Shown here in pieces: positions 53,899 through 64,000 of a stretch of 64,000 nt of DNA. Position 1 is the stretch's first letter, and each line of letters begins with the position of its first letter. Under the pieces are notes generated by a model that saw only the letters and a list, made by a program, of their open reading frames with translations, was not told where the DNA came from and did no database searches. Source of the DNA: Eledone cirrhosa (taxonomy: Eukaryota); the NCBI GenBank assembly GCA_964016885.1, contig OZ024743.1, positions 318,990,001 to 319,054,000 of the forward strand, in the 5' to 3' direction. The translations under genes were made by a program, and so were the position numbers.

Positions 53899-55215
53899 AT
53901 TATTACACACCACACTCTTTCCGAAATAGAAACAACTATAGAATGTATTGTTCATTCAGTAAAGTTGTTTTAAATGATCTCTTTATATGAATGTATATTA
54001 GGTGTTTTAGACATATGTAGAAAATATTGGGATTTCAGATTGTATCCCCCCAAAAAACGACAAACACTACAAAAAAAATATTTTCTGTGTTAATTCAAAT
54101 AACAGCGGAAAATAATATATTCAAATAATATCTTTTAAAAATACCGTTTTTTTTTTGTCTGTTAAATACATACATATATACAACTTCTATAAAAGCATCT
54201 GTGATTTCTTTAGACATATGTAGAAAATAAGCTTTGATGGTAACATATATCGTCTGCTAAAGAACGCCTCCCACCATAACACACACATATGTGTGTGTAA
54301 ATATACATATAAACGCGGACACACGTTAGTTCAAGAATCCCCCCAATCACCCTCCCTCTCTCCTGCCTCTTTACTTTTTTTTCTCTCTCCCATCTTTTCT
54401 CTTTTCTCATTGTCTTTCTCTCCACATCCGCCTTACTCCCTTTCTCTTTCTCATCTCTCTTTCTTTCTCTCACTCATCCTCTACACAATAGTAAACAAAA
54501 AATAAATAAAAGATAAATAACATTGGGAGAGTTAAGAAGTGTGTAAAAATAATAAATAAATAAAAGTTAATGAACGCTAGCTACTTTCCCTCTCTCTCTC
54601 TCATCCCATTACTCTCTCTCAATCTCTTTTACTCTCTCTCACATCTACCCTCTCTCTACGGAATAGAGAACAAAAAATAAAGATAAATAACGTTAAGGAA
54701 GCGGGAGAGTTAAAAAGTGTGTAAAGATAATAAATAAATAAAAATTAAGAACGCTGGTTAATTTCCCTCTCTCTCTTTCATCGTCTTTCTCTCTCATGCC
54801 CTTACTCTCTTTCTTTCTCTCTCACATCCCTTACTCTCTCTCTCCCATCTCCCACTCTCTCTCTCATCCCTTACTCGCTTTCTCTCTCACATCCCCTTAC
54901 TCTCTCTCTCCCATCCAATCACTCTCTCTCTTTTTCTCTCATCCCCTTACTCTCTCCCCCCATCCACCCACTCTCTCTCTTTCTCTCTCATCCCTTACTC
55001 TCGCTCTTTCTCTCTGCCATCCTCACTCTCTTATCTACAGACTGGGGAACATAAAAAAACAAAATGGATGATCTCTTTTGATATTCATTAGAAAATAAGA
55101 TAAATTGAATTTACCTGTCCGAGTGTATAGTGAATATGTACATGTAATTTTGCTAGTTTGCTAGTTTTTTGCTTTTCTTGATGAGACTTTCCAAGTATAT
55201 TTAGCCATGTTTTAT

Positions 55216-55293
55216 ATTGCCTCGTCTGACGAACGAATGAAGACGTTTCTTTCATATTCGCCTCATTCGGGAAACCTCTGGTAATGAGGTAAT
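55216..55293 (+). ncRNA. Type I hammerhead ribozyme with 10 bp stem I
   Basis: ATTGCCTCGT-CTGACGA-aCGAATGA...TCATTCGg-GAAA-CC tct GG-TA-ATGAGGTAAT. Confidence 0.8.
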
Positions 55294-55539
55294 TATATTG
55301 TATTGATTTTTATACATTAAATGTTGCTCTGGTATAGAGCACTCTTCACTTCTATGACCTTTTCTGTTTTCAACGGAAATTTCAATACTTATATATATAT
55401 ATTAGAAAGTGAGGTTTTTTTTACAAAATGAAAAATAACCGAGGTGTCCTACACGAGTGGAAGTATAAAGAAAAAGGGATGAAATCGAAAATGCAACTGA
55501 AGTCTTATTTTTTTAAAAAATATATATATTTATTTGGTT

Positions 55540-55577
55540 CCTTTACCGGTTTCGCAGTTCTTCTGCTTTTCAAAAGG
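55540..55577 (-). ncRNA. Minimal hammerhead, U3-A8 variant (sense to the PLE)
   Basis: Reverse complement: CCTT-TTGAAAA-GCAG aagaa CTGC-GAAA-CCGG-TA-AAGG. Confidence 0.8.
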
Positions 55578-56609
55578 TGAGTTGAGATGGAGGGTCTGTG
55601 GTTTTTCTCACATCTGGTTGGTCTCTAAATGTTACTTGTTTTATATGGAAAAAGTGGCTCGAAAACCAGGTTTTTCGAGAAGTAATTTGATTGGTTTGTC
55701 AATAATTATAATAAATTTCGCGCCAGTTCGCGTTACAATAGTTCTTCAAATAAGAGAGGGGGTGGGGGTTGTCGCAGGTTGTTTTTTCATATATGAGTGT
55801 TTGAATTTCTTTTTACTTGAAAAAATGAGGCTCACGAAGGCTTTTTTTTGGTTGGTTATAAATGAAATTTGGCTGTCACGTGAACAAGTTTTCATTACAT
55901 TTTTGCGCCCTTATTTGGAAAACTATTCTGTAGTCTTTATAGTGAATGTTATGACAATGGAGAGATAGTGGTCAAGGGAAAAGGGATTGGGAGAAATGTT
56001 CTGGTTCAGTGAATATGGCCAGCTGTCAGAGTTCAGGTGTCAGAGTTCAGATTTTCTATTGAGACTGAAGATATGTGTTTATTTGTGTGCTTGTGTGTGT
56101 GTATATGTGTGTGTGTGTGTATGTGTGTATTGGAAGATGATTCTATTAGTAGAGATGAGGGAGGGAGTTGTGTGTGTGTGTATATGGGTGTTATGTGTGT
56201 GTGTGCGAGTATGTTAGATAGAGAGAATATATATTTTTTGTGTGTGTGTATATATATATGTATGTAGGAAAGTGGTTCTATTAGTAGAAATGGGGAGGGT
56301 GTTGTAGGTGTGGGGGTTTTTATGTGTGTGTATGGGTGTTATGTGTGTGGGAGTATGGTTAGCATGTTAAGATGAAGAGAATATATATATATATATATAT
56401 ATTGTGTGTGTGTATGTGTGTGTATAGGAAAATGATTCCTTTAGTAGGAATATTTTTGAATGAACATATTTTCCTGACTTTTTCGTGTTTGCTGTTGTAT
56501 TGCCAGTGCAAACGTATGTTTAAGGTTTATTTAGTTCGGGTTTTTATTTTCTAAAGTAGGTGTTATGTGTGTGTGTGTATGTCATATTGTGGTGTTGACA
56601 TAATGTATA

Positions 56610-57130
56610 TTAAACCTTATTTAATGTTGGTCTATATTTTTGAATAAACATATTTTCCTTATTTATTCGCATTTGTTCTGTTGTATTGTTAGCGCAAAGG
56701 TAAAATGGGAAGACTTGGAATTTGGGTGTCTTATTACTTGCGCAAATGTCTAGATGTGCACTTAGTGGTATTTGTCTCGTGGTTGGATCTCGTAATTGTT
56801 GGCGATGAACTGTCATTCTGTTTCTGAGTGTGAGTTTAGTTTGTCCTATATAATCTTCATTGCATCCTTTACATTTAATGGCATAAACTAGATTTTTTGA
56901 TGAGCAAGTGAAGTGATTTTTTACAGTAAAATTTTGTCCTGATTTAAATGTATACGTGTTGCCTTCAATGAGGTGAGTGCAGGTTCCACAATTAGAGCGA
57001 CCACCTTTTTTGATACTTGGTTGTGGGTTTGTGGTAGGTAATTTGGCATTGGTGAGTAATGTTTTCAGTGATTTTGGTTGTCTTTTGCTTTTGATTATTT
57101 TGTGTGTTTCAAGGGCTTTTTTAAAAAGAA
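56610..57130 (-). pseudogene. PLE GIY-YIG endonuclease domain with Cys-rich linker
   Basis: RSNCGTC...FTCSSKNLVYAIKCKGCNEDYIGQT...LRNRMTVHR...E..FI....PTLN. Confidence 0.9.
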
Positions 57131-57355
57131 ATTCAAACACTCATATATGAAAAAACAACCTGTGACAACCACCCCTCTCTTATTTGAAGAACTATTGTAA
57201 CGCGAACTGGCGCGAAATTTATTATAATTATTGACAAACCAATCAAATTACTTCTCGAAAAACCTGGTTTTCGAGCCACTTTTTCCATATAAAACAAGTA
57301 ACATTTAGAGACCAACCAGATGTGAGAAAAACCACAGACCCTCCATCTCAACTCA

Positions 57356-57393
57356 CCTTTTGAAAAGCAGAAGAACTGCGAAACCGGTAAAGG
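57356..57393 (+). ncRNA. Minimal hammerhead, U3-A8 variant (inverted pLTR copy)
   Basis: CCTT-TTGAAAA-GCAG aagaa CTGC-GAAA-CCGG-TA-AAGG. Confidence 0.8.
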
Positions 57394-57463
57394 AACCAAA
57401 TAAATATATATATTTAAAAAAAAAAATAAGACTTCAGTTGCATTTTCGATTTCATCCCTTTTT

Positions 57464-59320
<1,857 letters not shown>

Positions 59321-59396
59321 ATCTTTTACTCTTTTACCTGTTCCAGCCATCCGGCTGAGGCCATGCTGCAGCACCGCATGTATATATATATATATG

Positions 59397-61060
59397 TATG
59401 ATCATCATCATCATTTTACGTCCGTTTTTCCCTGCTTGCAAGAGTGGGACGGGTCTTATTCAGCACAGCATCTCTCCACTTGTCACGGTTCTTTGTCATC
59501 TTGACCGTGAGCTTCAGCGATCCGAGGTCTGTTCTCACCACCTCCGCTCATGTTTTTCGTGCTCTACCTCTACCACGTCTTCCTTCAACTGGCAATTCCT
59601 GGCACTTCTGCACCCATCGGTCATCCTCCATGCGCATCACATGTCCATACCACCTCAGTCTCCTCTCTCGCACACTACATTATATACCTCTCAGACACAG
59701 TTTCTCTCTCAACACATTTATGCTGGGTCGTTCACGCATATTGACATTGCACATCTAACGGAGCATGCTTGCCTCATTTCTCTCCAGCCGTCGCATATCC
59801 TCTGCAGCTGTTCCCCATGTCTCACTACCATGCAGCATCGTGCTCCTCACATAGACATCATATAACCGGCCTTTCGTACGCAGGGAGACACCCTTCTTCG
59901 TCAGCACCCTTCTTCGTCAGCAGAGGAAGCAACTCCCTAAACTGCTATCCCGTTACAACTCTTGTGTACCCACCCAGGATCTGCATTGTGTGTATTTTAT
60001 AGTATTTATGCCAGTTCCTTTTCTGCATATCGAACATGGCCATTTCCCTAACGGAATCAGATTTTTGTCCTCTTTTCTACTCATCAACACTTGTGTCTTA
60101 GCTATGTTCACTCTCAGTCCTCTTGCTTCCAACTGCTGTTTCCATAGCCAGAATTTATTCTCTAGCTCCTCTACTGATTCTGCTATAAGAACCAGATCGT
60201 CAGCATAGAGAAGTTCCCATGGACAGCCAGTCTTAAACTCCTCTGTTATGGCTTGGAGGACTATATAATGAACAAGAGCGGGCTGAGGACCGAACCTTGA
60301 TGTACTCCTACTTGTACCTGGAATTCCTCACTAAACTTCATTCCTACTCTGACTTTACTGACAGTACCTCTGTACAAAGTTTGCACTGCCTTCACAAGCC
60401 ATTCCTCAACACCTAGTTTCGTTAGGGACCACCAGATGACAGATCGGGGTACCCTATCAAAGGCCTTCTCTAGGTCAACAAAGGCTAAGTATAGTGGCTT
60501 ATTTTTCTCTAAGAACCTCTCTTGTAATTGTCTCACCAAGAAGAGGGCATCTGTTGTACTTTTCCCAGGCACAAAACCAAACTGCATCTCATCTAGTTTA
60601 ACCCTTTCTCTAATTAGTTGTGCTAATATCCTTTCTGCCACTTTCATAACCTGATCCATCAGTTTTATACCCCTATAATTGCTCCTCTCCAGAGCATCCC
60701 CTTTACCTTTGTAGCAATTTATGAGAATACTGCTGCACCAGTCTTTGGGTATGACACCACCATATATAGCCTGATTGATGATGCGTGCAACCAGTTTAGT
60801 GCCTACGTCCCCTGATGCCTTCAGCATCTCAGCAACTATCCCCGATGGTCCAGCAGCCTTACCATTTTTCATTTCCTTATCGGCTCTTGGACGTTATATT
60901 CGTCAATCTCAATAGCTGGTCCATCTGTCGGATCTACTAAGAGTAATTTCTCTCCCTCCCATTCGTTCTCCACATTCATCAGTCTCTCATAATGACATTT
61001 CCAGGCCCCCTTTTTCTGATTATTCGTGACACTAAGTACACCGGCATCATTCCGGACACA
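59397..61060 (-). mobile_element. 5'-truncated RTE-clade LINE (RT and 3' end)
   Basis: MKNGKAAGPSGI, NYRGIKL, FVDLEKAFDRVPR, GVHQGSVLSPLLF, LLYADDLVL; (TGA)n tail at about 59397-59413; internal stop and deletion. Confidence 0.92.
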
Positions 61061-62089
61061 TTATATATATATACAAATATAAATTAGCGAAGAATCGCAT
61101 TTCGGCTATTGGAAATTAGCGAAAAACAACTTCCGAAATGTGTGGCAAGCGCTCAATAGAAACGAATGTACTAGAGCAACAACATACGTTAAAAGGCCAA
61201 ACACACTGAGACGATGGTTAAACCATTAACCGCAAAGCCATAGAAGCGAGCAAGCTATTCGGGTCAAACAAATAATAAAATATGATTGAAAAATATACCC
61301 GGACCCCTGGAAACGGTGGTAAAATCCAATATGGGGTTTCTGCAACTCCTAAATCGAGTACTGTCTGCTTAAACAAATACACCTTCCGGCGAGACTCTCA
61401 GGAACATGTGGGTGAAGAAGAAGATTTATAACATTCAATGTGGAATAGTAAGAATGCCATAGTAAATTGTTGACGAGAGGGTGTGTTGGATCTTCGCCCA
61501 TTATGACGACCTGTGTTCCATTTGCTAGTACAAAGAAATAGCCTACTCGTGAAAGTAACGTGCACGTGACTGAGCATTCTTCAGACACATGTACCCATAA
61601 CACAATTCTGAGGGAGATTTAATTGTGGTGCAATCTGTGACCAGGCTGATCGTTTGAATTAGAGGTACAATACATCTTGTATTATACTGTGATAGGATAT
61701 TCCGCAGACACGGAAATTCTAGTGACACACTGGGAGACAAGGCTAGGCCTTTGGACAGAAAACACAATCATGTTCTATAGTGCAAACAGCAGACAATTCC
61801 ATAGACACCTGTACTCTTAATGTAGTTCTCAGTGAGATTCAAATGGACAGTGTGACAGAGGGTGCCTTTTGAACGATTCAATTTTGCCAGCTGAAACAAC
61901 AGAAGTAACGCGAAATAAAGTGTCTTGCTGAAGTTAATATGACCTGAAATACTTAATCGAATTGTTTACGGAAGCAACCTCTTTTGGCTACTTAAGATGA
62001 TTTCTAATCTGTTTCCTTCAAAATAAAATATGTCCGTAATGTTGAAAATAGTTAACAGATATTTTTGTGTGTATATATATTTATACATA

Positions 62090-63235
62090 TATATAAAACT
62101 GTAGTTGTCTGTGTGTGTGTGTCCTTATTTGTGCAAAAAATATACAAATCCACATTTCTACTCCGATTGACTTGCATTTATATATTCTTTGCGGTCTAAA
62201 GATATTAACTGCAGCTTTTATTTTTCAATTTTCTGTTGTTAAAGAGGTGTTAGGCGCCGGTTATCGATCTCCGTCGCGCCCATCTGTCTGTATGTCTGGC
62301 TGTCTGCATTACGACATTATAACAAACATTGATGACGTTTCATCTTTGCTATTTTCCGTTCATTGCCAGGGAACGTCTTCACGAACCAAAGTATTGTCTT
62401 CCTGTTTTCCTTCGGTTGCAACGTTTTTCGAAATATTTACTTCTGCGTTCACAGATTGATTTTATTTAGTTTCAGAAGATCCCGTTAAGGGTGAAAGCAG
62501 CGATTCTTTGCTTAAACTTTAAGCTGTTATTTTAATATATAATATAAGCGAGGCAAGCCAGCCCAGTTTCACTTCTTGCCAATAAACATTAACCCTTTGT
62601 GCGCCATTCATCTAACTGTAGACCAACAAATACCAACTAAACGGAGCATTGACAAGAATGATGGCGAATGAATCTTCGAGGTAAGCAGTTTCCTCCCGAG
62701 CTGTTAGTTCACGCGGGATTCTCTACTACACCTTTTCGTAATAATACCGAACAACGTACTGCTGGTCACTCCTTCCTCCAAAAGCCGTACAAATCGGACA
62801 TGTGCATAGATGGATCGGGTGCAAATCTACACCAGGCCTACGCGAGAAATTCGCAAGGGACTGCACCGAGACAGGGATAGAGAGAAAGAGTAACTTAGTG
62901 GAAAGAGTGCGAATGAACTTTTGAGGTAAGTAGCCTACGCCTTACTGATATGACACTGGAACCTTCTGCCAACTTAACCTGTGACTTTCTCTTTCACATT
63001 TACTCCAAAAGGCCAAAACAGAGGAGTATGAAAAGAAGGGGCTCAACAATATTTCTATGAACAATGCACGTAGACAGCTAAACTGTACTTTCAAGTTCTT
63101 AATTTTCTCCAAATAAAACAAGTTTCCTCTCGGTATATTTTCGTGAGTTTTTAACAGGCACTCACAAATAAACGTTTCTCATTGTAGGTGCTATTACCAA
63201 TGTTCTTACCCGTGCAACGCCGGGATACACTGCTA

Positions 63236-63236
<1 letters not shown>
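62090..63236 (+). mobile_element. Non-autonomous Helitron
   Basis: 3' hairpin CCCGTGCAACGCCGGG plus CTAG-T at about 63209-63237, same end as 33720-33748; 5' TGTCTGTGTGTG segment. Confidence 0.65.
62468..62518 (+). ncRNA. Hammerhead motif, A4 variant, in a PLE fragment inside the Helitron
   Basis: AGTTT-CAGAAGA-tCCC gttaa GGGt-GAAA-GCA...TGC-TT-AAACT; truncated sibling at about 4886-4945. Confidence 0.6.
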
Positions 63237-63309
<73 letters not shown>

Positions 63310-63330
63310 GCACGCACACACAAAACACAT

Positions 63331-63382
<52 letters not shown>

Positions 63383-63399
63383 TGTGGAGCGAGAGACTC

Positions 63400-63725
63400 C
63401 TAGTCTTCATTAAGACATCTCTCTAGCACAAGGCCACTCTGACATGAAACCTGCAACTTCGTTTGCATCCAATGTTGTCGACCAGTTCTACCTTTTGGGT
63501 AAATGCATTCGATGTTCAGAGTGTGGGATTGACCCCATGCAGTGCCTTTCCTCGCTTAAAAAAGTTTCAGGCACAGGCATCGCTTGATATGTAACAATTT
63601 TTGCGATGAATGACATTGCTGGCCATAGGCAAGTTCTTGGCAAGAATAAAAAGCCACGTCCGTGATGCTCATGCTTAAGTATCCAGCGATGGTATTACTC
63701 GAAATAGAGTTGCAGCCATCATCAT
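63400..63725 (+). mobile_element. Diverged 3' part of the (TATG)n-tailed element family
   Basis: GAGTGTGGGATTGAC...CAGTGCCTTT...GGCACAGGCATCGC...GAGTTGCAGCCATC followed by ATGTATCTATGTATG. Confidence 0.55.
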
Positions 63726-64000
63726 GTATCTATGTATGTTCTTCTGGTTTTATAATTTCATAAATTTTTGCCAATAGAGAAAGAGAGCCAGTGTCTTACA
63801 TAGATACAAGACTCTCTCATTGGAATTTACACAACATCAACTAGGTAGATATGTATGCATGTCTGAATGTGTAGGTATGGATGTTACTGTATGTGTGTAT
63901 GTGTATGTTTTGAGTTATACGCTTTGTATCTGTACATGTGTATATGCAGTTATTAGATGCAACATTTTTGGAATGTTTTACATATTTTTACTGTTCCATT

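Overview
Eukaryotic, AT-rich, microsatellite-saturated genomic DNA with (TA)n, (CA)n, (GA)n, (TATG)n and (TTC)n tracts. Repeat composition suggests an octopod/cephalopod mollusc (inference). No host protein-coding gene could be supported, and most short ORFs are microsatellite artefacts. The window is mainly decayed transposons: a degenerate autonomous Helitron (HUH Rep plus PIF1 helicase, about 50.0-53.8 kb, minus) abutting a CR1/L2-type LINE, two non-autonomous Helitrons, RTE, R4/Dong-like and CRE-like LINE fragments, hAT and mariner relics and MITEs, two tRNA-derived SINE families, a (TATG)n-tailed non-autonomous element in tandem, and many Penelope-like element (PLE) fragments including a GIY-YIG ORF. 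The main signal missed by the ORF track is at least 17 type I hammerhead ribozyme motifs, folded by eye and belonging to roughly 8-9 sequence families. Many are minimal with palindromic stem III, several carry core variants (U3-A8 covariation, C4, A4), and they often sit on opposite strands in inverted repeats within (TA)n tracts. All coordinates were read manually, and repeat boundaries are approximate.
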